From an archaeon (lineage in GTDB: Archaea; Asgardarchaeota; Thorarchaeia; Thorarchaeales; Thorarchaeaceae): 32,000 nt of DNA. Numbering within the stretch: the first letter of the stretch is position 1; each line of letters opens with the position of its first letter. Below the pieces are notes generated by a model. It did not search any database and had not been told where the DNA came from. It saw nothing but the letters and a program-made list of their open reading frames with translations. Where the stretch lies: NCBI GenBank assembly GCA_024275415.1, contig JAJRZD010000014.1, positions 32,633 through 64,632 on the forward strand, given 5' to 3'. Below are positions 8,418 to 16,501 of the stretch, in pieces. A program made the position numbers and the translations under genes.

Positions 8418-9392
8418 TTAAGAACCGGGAATGACCGATAATATCTCTTCGATAACGTCTCGCAAGTACTCCAATCTATCTGGAGTTTCAATGAATGTAC
8501 TCGTATTTCTGAGATTTACATTCCTATGTATATATGTCAGTTCCATAGTCCGTTCATTGTGGTTCGCTATCACCCAGTCCGAAATCTCTCTCTGAAACAA
8601 CCTGTTTTTGATAGATTCAATTATTCTGGTATCAGCCTCAATAACGAGCCTCTCATTATCTTTGGATGAAATCCCTATATAATATCGGATACTGACACCG
8701 TCCACCTCTGTAGCGACAAAGAAATCATGGATTGCTCTTTTTCCATTTCTGACTTTCCAAACCACACTTTGGAGTAAGTCCATAGTCATATTGGCGAAGA
8801 GAGCCATCCTTGATGTAACAAAATACTCAAGATGTGAAAGGTCATCCTCAAAGTATCTGTACGATGGGAAGTAATTCTTTCCGTAATAATAGGATAAACT
8901 GCTAAGGACACCTAGCACTATTCCGGAACTCAGACTCGTAATTTCACAGTAACCATTGAAGAGGACAAAAGCTGTACTGAACACAGTCCAGATTATTATA
9001 GAGAACCAGACAAGATCCATTATGTCGTCTATTTCTGCATCATCTGCCTTCATGGCCTGATAATGGAACCCCTCGAAGATTCTTTGGATATCTGAATTAT
9101 GGGTTTCTTGAATCTCATCTTCCCATCCTTCACCGAGTAACGCGGGATCCTGAAGATACAATGCTGTCCTTGCGTTTTCGCCCAGCTGATTAGAATAGCG
9201 TGTGTAGAACAGTCCCGTAAGTAACTGAATTGCGGCGAAGAGAATTGCAGCGAGCAGCGGGATCTCGGTAGTACAAACGATTGCTACTATTATACTATAG
9301 ACTGCGACTACTGGCACATTAAGAATGATGAACCTCCGGTCATGCCAACTCACTTCCGACGAGTCTATTATGACCTGCTCATGGGTTGACAT
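8418..9392 (-). CDS. Hypothetical membrane protein (about 4 TM helices)
   Basis: 324 aa; two pairs of hydrophobic segments separated by a soluble loop, then a soluble C-terminal domain. Confidence 0.7.
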   Translation of the reverse strand: MSTHEQVIIDSSEVSWHDRRFIILNVPVVAVYSIIVAIVCTTEIPLLAAILFAAIQLLTGLFYTRYSNQLGENARTALYLQDPALLGEGWEDEIQETHNSDIQRIFEGFHYQAMKADDAEIDDIMDLVWFSIIIWTVFSTAFVLFNGYCEITSLSSGIVLGVLSSLSYYYGKNYFPSYRYFEDDLSHLEYFVTSRMALFANMTMDLLQSVVWKVRNGKRAIHDFFVATEVDGVSIRYYIGISSKDNERLVIEADTRIIESIKNRLFQREISDWVIANHNERTMELTYIHRNVNLRNTSTFIETPDRLEYLRDVIEEILSVIPGS

Positions 9393-9425
9393 GTCCCTCC
9401 CTTCCAGTGGGCACCTTCAACTGTT

Positions 9426-9824
9426 CTAATCGATGAAGAACACATCACCTTGATTCTCATATGCAAATACGCGAACATGCATATTATTCTCTAAGACATG
9501 ACATGCATCTTTCACTTTGACTATTGCTATGTTCATCCTGTGATATGCAGCTGCAGCGAACTCGCTAACAGAATCACCAAATTCGGATATCACGGCCGAA
9601 ACATTGCTCATCAGAATGTCGAGGTCGCCAGGATTATCGATGAAATGCTGTTCCATGTCGTGATGTAATACGGCAATCTCATCAGATGCCCATTCCCGTT
9701 CGAGATCCTTCTTCTCGCAGATCAATACTACTCTTCCACTAAACTCGCCACTCTCTCCCACAGACTCTCCTCTCAGAATAGGAAATGTCGGAGCACTCTG
9801 GGTATTTGAATCACCTGGTGACAT
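9426..9824 (-). CDS. Stand-alone PEP-utiliser mobile (swivelling His) domain-like protein lacking the phospho-His
   Basis: Likely start MSPGD at 9824 (GAGGTG 6 nt upstream). ILRGESVGESGEFSGRVVLI and SAVISEFGDSVSEFAAAAYHRMNIAIVKVKDACHVLENNMHVRV align by eye to the PPS/PPDK mobile domain. Confidence 0.6.
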   Translation of the reverse strand: MSPGDSNTQSAPTFPILRGESVGESGEFSGRVVLICEKKDLEREWASDEIAVLHHDMEQHFIDNPGDLDILMSNVSAVISEFGDSVSEFAAAAYHRMNIAIVKVKDACHVLENNMHVRVFAYENQGDVFFID

Positions 9825-10032
9825 TTGATGCACCTCATCTTCATATGCTTTTGTGAATACCTGCCTATAATGTTTCGGGCACTCCCTATATTGCTTTTTT
9901 TCATATAGGTACAGTATGAACTCGCCCGATATATCCCACCTAATCAATCCAAACATTGTCACTACCTGCTTTTGGATATACATGTACGAAATCTAATATT
10001 GGAATTCATCTCTTGGTGTCGTGGTGATGTCC

Positions 10033-10560
10033 ATGGTCATCTTTGAATTCGAAGGTAGGATACCGTGTATCGGAGAGAACTCGTATATCAGTCACGATGC
10101 AACAGTGATTGGCAAGGTCACGATTGGAACAAACTGCTACGTTGCTCCAGGTGCTGTCATCAAGGGGGATTACGGAGAAATTAGAATCGGTGATGGATGC
10201 AGTGTTCAAGATAACGTGGTAATCCATGCAAGACCTGATGAGTCCACGACCATTGGCAACAACGTGACTCTTGGTCATGGTTGCATCGTACACAATGCGA
10301 CAATCGAGGATGATGCCGTGATCGGTATGGGCGCGATAGTGTCCGATTATGTCACTATTAGGAGGTGGGCTGTTGTGGGGGAGGGCGCAGTCGTAAAGGC
10401 GCGTTTTGAGGTGCCTGAAGAAAAGATAGTGGTAGGCGTACCTGCAAAGATCATCGGTGATGTTCAAGAACACCACAAGGAGGAACTCCTCCGCTTCAAG
10501 AGGATATATCGTGGTCTTGCAAGAAGGTATCCTACAGGTTTGAGAAAAATATCCGACTAG
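10033..10560 (+). CDS. Gamma-class carbonic anhydrase family protein (PaaY/YrdA-like)
   Basis: Hexapeptide repeats; QDN motif; metal-ligand His in VIHA, LGHG and VHNA; GVPAKII. Confidence 0.9.
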   Translation: MVIFEFEGRIPCIGENSYISHDATVIGKVTIGTNCYVAPGAVIKGDYGEIRIGDGCSVQDNVVIHARPDESTTIGNNVTLGHGCIVHNATIEDDAVIGMGAIVSDYVTIRRWAVVGEGAVVKARFEVPEEKIVVGVPAKIIGDVQEHHKEELLRFKRIYRGLARRYPTGLRKISD

Positions 10561-10590
10561 GTTTGGGAAGGGACTTTCGTCCCTTCTTGT

Positions 10591-11346
10591 TCATACGAGT
10601 GAGATGAGTCTGTCTCTGTTGAATCTGGTTATGGCTAATGTCCATGAAATCGCAAAGAGAATGATTGCGATGACCAATGTCAGAACATTGGCAAACCAAA
10701 TCATACCAACATCAACGATACCTGAATCATCCATTCCAGCTAAAGGCAATATCATTGGTATGATGAAAGTCATGACGACTGCACCAGTTGTCTGGTAAGC
10801 CTCGTATACCCTTGTGACCCTTCCACTGATTAGGATCATAACTGCGACAATTGCGAAAATCGTTAAGGGAACCGCTGTTGATAGAAGGAATAGTCCAGGA
10901 AGGTCTGGTACCAGAATCAGCGGGTACCCAAGGATTGCTAGGAATAGGTTGGTGACCACCTCTGCTATAACAACACTGCTGACAAGGATTATCAGACTTG
11001 GGAGCGCTGAGCCTAAGACCTTTCCCCATAGCAGTTCTCTATCCGTAAGCGGTGTGCACAATAGGGGTTCCAATGTGTTCTGTTCTCTTTCACCAACTAG
11101 AGCATTTGCAGCAAGCATCGTTGTAGGAATGACGGCGAAGATTGCCAGCATCGAACTCATATACGGCAATATGAGCTGGATGACCTCGTTGAATACAGTT
11201 GGTGTAGTGACCAGTGCCATGCCAACTACTGTGAGGATAACCAATGCAGGACCAAAAACTGCTGCGAGCACTATCCCATATTTTACGAATTTGACAGTGA
11301 GAGCATTCCTGATATCCCACATTGCAACTACCATAGACTTGTTCAT
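10591..11346 (-). CDS. ABC-2 type transporter permease
   Basis: About 6 TM helices; LVGEREQNTLEPLLCTPL motif; start overlaps the ATPase stop (TAATG). Confidence 0.9.
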   Translation of the reverse strand: MNKSMVVAMWDIRNALTVKFVKYGIVLAAVFGPALVILTVVGMALVTTPTVFNEVIQLILPYMSSMLAIFAVIPTTMLAANALVGEREQNTLEPLLCTPLTDRELLWGKVLGSALPSLIILVSSVVIAEVVTNLFLAILGYPLILVPDLPGLFLLSTAVPLTIFAIVAVMILISGRVTRVYEAYQTTGAVVMTFIIPMILPLAGMDDSGIVDVGMIWFANVLTLVIAIILFAISWTLAITRFNRDRLISLV

Positions 11347-12296
11347 TACTGGGCACCTCCCTTGATGACCTTGAGGTATAGGTCCTCCAGTGTTGCTTCT
11401 TCTTCACTGAACTCAACAACATTCACGCCAGCATCTATCATCGCCTTGAGGAGTTTCACATTATTCTGTACTGGATTCTCTATCTCGACTACAATACTGT
11501 CTATTTCGGTTTTGCTTGACTTGACAAACTCTTGGGATTTTGCAATCCTCTCCGCCGCATTGACATCTCCGTGCACAAGGATTCTGTAACGCTGTTGTGA
11601 GTAGAGAGTCGACCGTAATTCCTCCATCTTGCCATGTAAGAGAACCTTTCCTTCATCAATGATAGCAATCTGATCACACATCCTTTGTACCTCCGGTAGA
11701 TTGTGCGAGTTGATGAATACAGTCTGATTGTACTCGCTTGCCAGATTCAATATCAGCTCTCGTACCCTCTTTGCTGCAATCGGATCCAACGCGCTTGTAG
11801 GTTCATCCAGTAGAAGAATGGATGGGTTATGCAATAGTGCTCTACAAAGTGCTAATCTTTGCCGGTTGCCAGTACTGAGCTCTCCTGCCTTGTCATCCTT
11901 CCGTTGCCACAGTTCCATGAATTCAAGCAGGGTTCGAACCCGTTCTTCTATCTCCTCTTCAGGCACGCCATATAATTTTGCAAAATAGACAAGATTGTCG
12001 TATGTAGACCTCGATGGATAATGGGTGTGATTCGATTCCTCGGGTAGCACGCCCGTTTTCTCACGCACGGCCACAGGTTCTCTCAACACATCATGTCCCG
12101 CCAACTCTGCTGTTCCTTTGGTTGGTTTTAGCAGAGTGGAAAGGAGTCTAGTTGTTGTACTCTTGCCTGCCCCGTTAGGTCCTAACAATCCAAAAATAGT
12201 ACCTTCGGGAATCTCCAGTGTCATATCATTAACAGCGACAAGTTCGCCAAAGTTCTTGGTTAGGTGAATTATTCTTACAGCTCCCAATTTGACCAC
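11346..12296 (-). CDS. ABC transporter ATP-binding protein (multidrug/CcmA-like exporter class)
   Basis: GPNGAGKS, LSTGNRQR, LLLDEPTSALD, NSH; C-terminal LEDLYL. Confidence 0.95.
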   Translation of the reverse strand: MVKLGAVRIIHLTKNFGELVAVNDMTLEIPEGTIFGLLGPNGAGKSTTTRLLSTLLKPTKGTAELAGHDVLREPVAVREKTGVLPEESNHTHYPSRSTYDNLVYFAKLYGVPEEEIEERVRTLLEFMELWQRKDDKAGELSTGNRQRLALCRALLHNPSILLLDEPTSALDPIAAKRVRELILNLASEYNQTVFINSHNLPEVQRMCDQIAIIDEGKVLLHGKMEELRSTLYSQQRYRILVHGDVNAAERIAKSQEFVKSSKTEIDSIVVEIENPVQNNVKLLKAMIDAGVNVVEFSEEEATLEDLYLKVIKGGAQ

Positions 12297-12309
12297 CTTC
12301 TTTCGAAAC

Positions 12310-12336
12310 TGGACTTTTCAGGACTAAACTAGTCCA
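12310..12336. promoter_or_regulatory. Candidate operator: GGACT direct and inverted repeats upstream of the ABC operon
   Basis: GGACT at 12311 and 12321; GGACTA-aac-TAGTCC palindrome at 12321-12335; 14-40 nt upstream of the ATPase start. Confidence 0.4.
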
Positions 12337-12392
12337 ACCTTGCTGGTATTGCGTACGCAAAAAAGGCAATCGGCTACTGCATAATCTTTGGT

Positions 12393-12644
12393 CTAAGTTG
12401 AGATCATCTTCTCAACCACTGCCGTGGTCGTTTCTTCGATTCCTTCGATTTTATGGATTCGATTCACGGTGATGTCATACAATGCTTCAAGATTTCTGAC
12501 CTCTAGAAGTATCACCACATCATATTCACCTGTCGTCACCGCGATTCTGACCGCCTCATCAATCTCTCTTAACCTCTCTAAGACCTGATCAGTGAATCCC
12601 AGCTTGATTCTCATCAGTACATATGCCAATACGTCATCTGTCAT
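12393..12644 (-). CDS. Stand-alone Lrp/AsnC ligand-binding (RAM) domain protein (demi-FFRP)
   Basis: 83 aa; AYVLMRIK.G...V.E.L..I......VTTGEYDVVI...I..IEGIEETTT; no HTH. Confidence 0.9.
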   Translation of the reverse strand: MTDDVLAYVLMRIKLGFTDQVLERLREIDEAVRIAVTTGEYDVVILLEVRNLEALYDITVNRIHKIEGIEETTTAVVEKMIST

Positions 12645-12660
12645 TGTTCATACCTCATTA

Positions 12661-13923
12661 TCACCGATAATCTTTCAGAACTATCATCGTTTCGACACTT
12701 GCGACCTCAGGAATCCTCTGAATCTTCTTTAAGATTCTCTCCCTTGTTTTCCCTAGGCTCCTGCTCTTTATGGAAAGGATATAATCATATGTTCCCGCAA
12801 CGGCTGCTGCTGATTCGACGCCTTTGATGTCGAACAGTTCCGGCAGAATATCTCCAGTCAGCTGTTTGACCCTTACCGTGACCAATGACCTGACCTCGGA
12901 AGCTTGCAGTGCAATCACTCCGATCATGACCAATGAGATGCCCATTATCTTCAGGATCCACAGGAATGCATCCGACTCGATCATGCCAAAGGCCCCAGGA
13001 ATTAACAAATTTCCAATAAGCATCATAGGAATCCCCAGTACAACAGAGATTGACGAGAGGGAGTTCACAATGGACATAGACCCTCGCCCCAATGCTCTGA
13101 CGTAGAATATCAACGAAAGGAAGATGGTAATCGATGACCCAATGATTAGACCCGAGAACGGGCCTATGTAGAGGGACATCATCTCAAACGCATTTGGCGG
13201 AAGCAAGGGTAGCATCATGACACTCATAATGAGATTGAGCACCAGCAGGCTCCACACTCGCATATTCAACGAGTCCACCCTCAAACCAGGCTCTATCTCA
13301 TATCTCTTGGTCTTCCTCTGATAATATGTACTGAACGCCGATGAGATGTTCATAGGGACTAGCACGATGAGAAGGGTTACAACATCAAATCCGCCTGGCT
13401 CAACGCCAACTAGCAAGACACCTATTAGTATCGAGATGATGCATTGCAATTCGATGATAGTTGGTGTATCCTTCTCAGCCCACAGATCGCCCATCAAAAG
13501 GTAAATTATCAACAGTTGCCCGTAGGGCAGAACTGAAGACGCGTCCGTGTTGCTGATGATGAAATAGTAGAAGAAAGTAGCAATCCCTGCAAAGAGTCCT
13601 GATGCTAGAAGATACATCATCGGCTTTCGTGGAAGCATCCTAAGCCTTCCAAAGTCCGGATCCAATCTTTGACCGATTGGATATCTCCTCTGACCCTTGG
13701 TTCCTATTCGAATGCTCAAAATAACAACTGCTAAGACCGTGACCATGAAACTGATCCATTGCGCGAGGAAACCATAGATCAATGGTTCGCTCAGCACTGT
13801 ATTCAATGCCACAACATCGAACCCGACAGAAACAGTCCTGAACACACCAGATCCTAGGGCAAGGATGTAAAAGACCGTGGACGCTGAGCGCTTCGCTACA
13901 GGTCTCTCGCTCTTACTACTCAT
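12661..13923 (-). CDS. DMT/EamA-like membrane transporter fused to a C-terminal Lrp/AsnC RAM domain
   Basis: About 10 TM helices with two EamA-like halves (LLASGLFAGIATFFYY...ASSVLP; LIFYVRALGRGSMSIVNSL); C-terminal VAGTYDYILSI...IQRIPEVASVETMIVL. Confidence 0.8.
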   Translation of the reverse strand: MSSKSERPVAKRSASTVFYILALGSGVFRTVSVGFDVVALNTVLSEPLIYGFLAQWISFMVTVLAVVILSIRIGTKGQRRYPIGQRLDPDFGRLRMLPRKPMMYLLASGLFAGIATFFYYFIISNTDASSVLPYGQLLIIYLLMGDLWAEKDTPTIIELQCIISILIGVLLVGVEPGGFDVVTLLIVLVPMNISSAFSTYYQRKTKRYEIEPGLRVDSLNMRVWSLLVLNLIMSVMMLPLLPPNAFEMMSLYIGPFSGLIIGSSITIFLSLIFYVRALGRGSMSIVNSLSSISVVLGIPMMLIGNLLIPGAFGMIESDAFLWILKIMGISLVMIGVIALQASEVRSLVTVRVKQLTGDILPELFDIKGVESAAAVAGTYDYILSIKSRSLGKTRERILKKIQRIPEVASVETMIVLKDYR

Positions 13924-13989
13924 TCTGCTCCCCTGTCCGAGTTACATTGAGAGGGAATACCGTCCCCCTCGATACAAGTTCGGAAACTC

Positions 13990-14979
13990 TCATTCTTCCG
14001 AAGTCGATTGTTCTTCGTCAGAAGTGTTTTCTTCACTCTCATTCTTTTTTGCTGCTGCTCTGCGTGCTTCTTTTTCTTCATCTGTTATCGCACGCCGTGC
14101 AAGAATGAACTCGTCGAATGTCATCCGCTTCCCAGCTTTCAGCTTACCGACTGCGACATCTGCACGTTCTTGCTCGTGCTCTCGTCGTTTGATTAGCCTG
14201 TCAGAACGCTCGGAAGTCCTATGTTCTGACACATGCTTTCGGATTTTGCCTTGAATTTCGTCAATCTGACTTCGAAGTGTTTTGAGGTTTGCTTCTCCGT
14301 CCTTTACTTTTTTCAGCCACTCAACGAAGTTCTGATGGGCAGTATCGGCATTTTTCTTATATTCTTCAAGCTGAGGCCTTATCCTGACGACTTCTTGGTG
14401 GTGAATCTGTGATTGCTCGGACAATTCCAAGACTTTTTTGTGAATTTCGGAAGCTTCCGCTTTCAGTTTTCTGGCCAACCTTCTGAGTTCCATGATACGG
14501 TCTTGTTTCTCTTTTTCTTGTCCTATCTTGACAAGCTTTTCTTCAATCCTCGCAATCTCCTCAACAATGCTCATCTCCTCTTCACGGGAAAGCAGCTCTG
14601 TCTGTTGCCTCCATTCAAGCTCCTCTACTCTTCGTAGCATCCTGCGTTGATCACTTGATGGACTACCAACAACAGTCCCTCGAAGATCACGGATTTCGTC
14701 ATAGATGCTTTTCAGTTGAGCGTGAAGTGCTGTGCGCCTATCCTTTGCTTCAGAGATTTCTTTATTGATGCTATCACGAGCTTCTCTCTCGGCCTTCACC
14801 GACTCGATCAGAGCTCGAACCTCTTTGTTATGCTCATCTCTGATTCTTTTGTACTCGCGCATTTGATCGCGATTTCGTCTCAAATCTTCTAGATCTTGCC
14901 TCGCCTGGGTTTTTAGCTCCCTGAGCTTGGTGCGAAGATATTCTACATTTTCTACTGTTGTTTCAGTGGCCTCTGTCAA
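13990..14979 (-). CDS. Archaeal coiled-coil protein (COG1340-like)
   Basis: TTG start; heptad-rich; LEWRQQTELLSREEE and KLKAGKRMTFDE motifs typical of the family. Confidence 0.8.
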   Translation of the reverse strand: MTEATETTVENVEYLRTKLRELKTQARQDLEDLRRNRDQMREYKRIRDEHNKEVRALIESVKAEREARDSINKEISEAKDRRTALHAQLKSIYDEIRDLRGTVVGSPSSDQRRMLRRVEELEWRQQTELLSREEEMSIVEEIARIEEKLVKIGQEKEKQDRIMELRRLARKLKAEASEIHKKVLELSEQSQIHHQEVVRIRPQLEEYKKNADTAHQNFVEWLKKVKDGEANLKTLRSQIDEIQGKIRKHVSEHRTSERSDRLIKRREHEQERADVAVGKLKAGKRMTFDEFILARRAITDEEKEARRAAAKKNESEENTSDEEQSTSEE

Positions 14980-15125
14980 CCATACGACCTCAGAATTTCG
15001 TTTTACGAGCCCTGGGTTTCAGGACGGATTCCATATGCGGCGTATCAGGGAGAGGTAAATCTCCCGACATTTCTTTCCCTCAGGAGCTGTCTTAAAAACA
15101 TTCTCATTCAGCAATTTAAAATCGG

Positions 15126-16016
15126 TCAATCGATGAAAGAAGATACGATTTTTTCGGCGATATCAAACTCAGTGACCTTTTGTAACCCTGTCCAACCCGG
15201 TGTTGCATTTACTTCGATGACCCAGATATTCCCATTGTTATCAGGTATGAGGTCAACTCCTACAATTCTTCCTTTTACAGACGATGCGGCTCGTATTGCT
15301 AGGTCGTCGACATCGATGTTGTTCTTCTTGGGTGTTCCTCCTGCATGGATGTTATGGAGTATCCCTTCACCTCCTACTCTCTGCATGGTGGATATTACTT
15401 CGCCATCCAGTACTAGAGCCCTGATGTCATACCCTGGGTTATCAACGTATTCTTGAAGCAGATATGCCCCTTTCCCGAAGATCTGGCTGTGGAATTTCAA
15501 ATAGTCATAGACATGATCAAGATCGAACTGCCTGTTTATCAGCTGGACGCCTTCGCCTCCAAATCCCGTGATTGGCTTCAAGACACAGGGGAAGTTTTGA
15601 CGAATGAATTCTGCAGCATCACCGATGGACTCCGTAATAAGCGTCTTTGGGACTGGTAGACCTGCTGAAATAAGCTTCCTCATCGTTTCTGCTTTGTTCC
15701 TCATCTGAAGTATCGAGTTCAAGGAATTGACAATCTCAATGCCCATCTCTGTCATAGCTGAGAGCAACCCGACCCTGTTGAAGAAGGCTCCAATATCATT
15801 TGCTCCAAGATCCATGACCAACAGCATATCCAGCTGCGAGAGGTCTTTCCCCTCTATCGAGATTCTATGGTAGCTTGTGAACCCCTCTCGTGATACCTTC
15901 CATGGAATTACTCTTGTCACATCAACACGATGTTTCGAGAATTCCGCTGCAAGTTTGTCCATCCTATTGGACCAAGGGTCTGATGAGAAAATTCCCACGT
16001 GAGATAGCTTCTTCAT
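15126..16016 (-). CDS. RimK/LysX/MptN-family ATP-grasp amino-acid (glutamate) ligase
   Basis: NKAET...AGLPVPKT, VLKPITGFGGEGV, LLQEYV, DIRALV, HNIHAGG, VGVDL, EVNATPGW. Confidence 0.9.
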   Translation of the reverse strand: MKKLSHVGIFSSDPWSNRMDKLAAEFSKHRVDVTRVIPWKVSREGFTSYHRISIEGKDLSQLDMLLVMDLGANDIGAFFNRVGLLSAMTEMGIEIVNSLNSILQMRNKAETMRKLISAGLPVPKTLITESIGDAAEFIRQNFPCVLKPITGFGGEGVQLINRQFDLDHVYDYLKFHSQIFGKGAYLLQEYVDNPGYDIRALVLDGEVISTMQRVGGEGILHNIHAGGTPKKNNIDVDDLAIRAASSVKGRIVGVDLIPDNNGNIWVIEVNATPGWTGLQKVTEFDIAEKIVSSFID

Positions 16017-16076
16017 CGCACGACTACTCAGGTCAATATATGCTCAGTTGCTTTTATCCATAACGAGTGCCTTTTA

Positions 16077-16496
16077 TTGACCCGAATCCCTTGCAAGATG
16101 TTGACGATGACGCTCTTCACTGACAACGAGGTTGATGAGATACGTGAAACTCTCTCTAATGCGAAAGAAAACGTAATGATTACCTTTAGACATCGGTTCG
16201 GGCCCACTGAGCTAAAGAACGAATGGGAGTCGCTTCTTCTGACATTGGGTATCCGTGCTCACTGTGTAAGCTGGTGGTCAGGGTCGAGTTCTGTTGGACT
16301 GCTTGAATGTGAATCTTCAGAGGGCGTCAGTGTTTACGGACAGTGGGTCCTCGCGGACTCTAACCAATTGTTAGGCGTATTTGAGATTGCAAATGAGGAG
16401 CTGGTGGACATCCGCAATGGGTATGATGCTCAAAGCGTGACCGACCCTGCTATGAGGGCAATCAGAATTGGGGAGAGCGGTGGTGAACTCGAGTAG
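16077..16496 (+). CDS. Hypothetical protein
   Basis: The only ORF filling the gap between the ligase and glmS; no motif recognised; start uncertain. Confidence 0.5.
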   Translation: MTRIPCKMLTMTLFTDNEVDEIRETLSNAKENVMITFRHRFGPTELKNEWESLLLTLGIRAHCVSWWSGSSSVGLLECESSEGVSVYGQWVLADSNQLLGVFEIANEELVDIRNGYDAQSVTDPAMRAIRIGESGGELE

Positions 16497-16501
16497 GAGT
16501 T

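Noticed and set aside
9825-9983. Upstream 53 codons of the swivelling-domain ORF
   Set aside because: A good SD and ATG sit at 9824, and the upstream stretch probably holds the divergent promoters; kept as non-coding, but not certain.
10814-11365. 183-aa antisense ORF and similar shadow ORFs (e.g. 1692-2099, 21088-21609, 22556-22933, 27836-28267, 30636-31037)
   Set aside because: They lie opposite well-supported genes and show no recognisable motifs.
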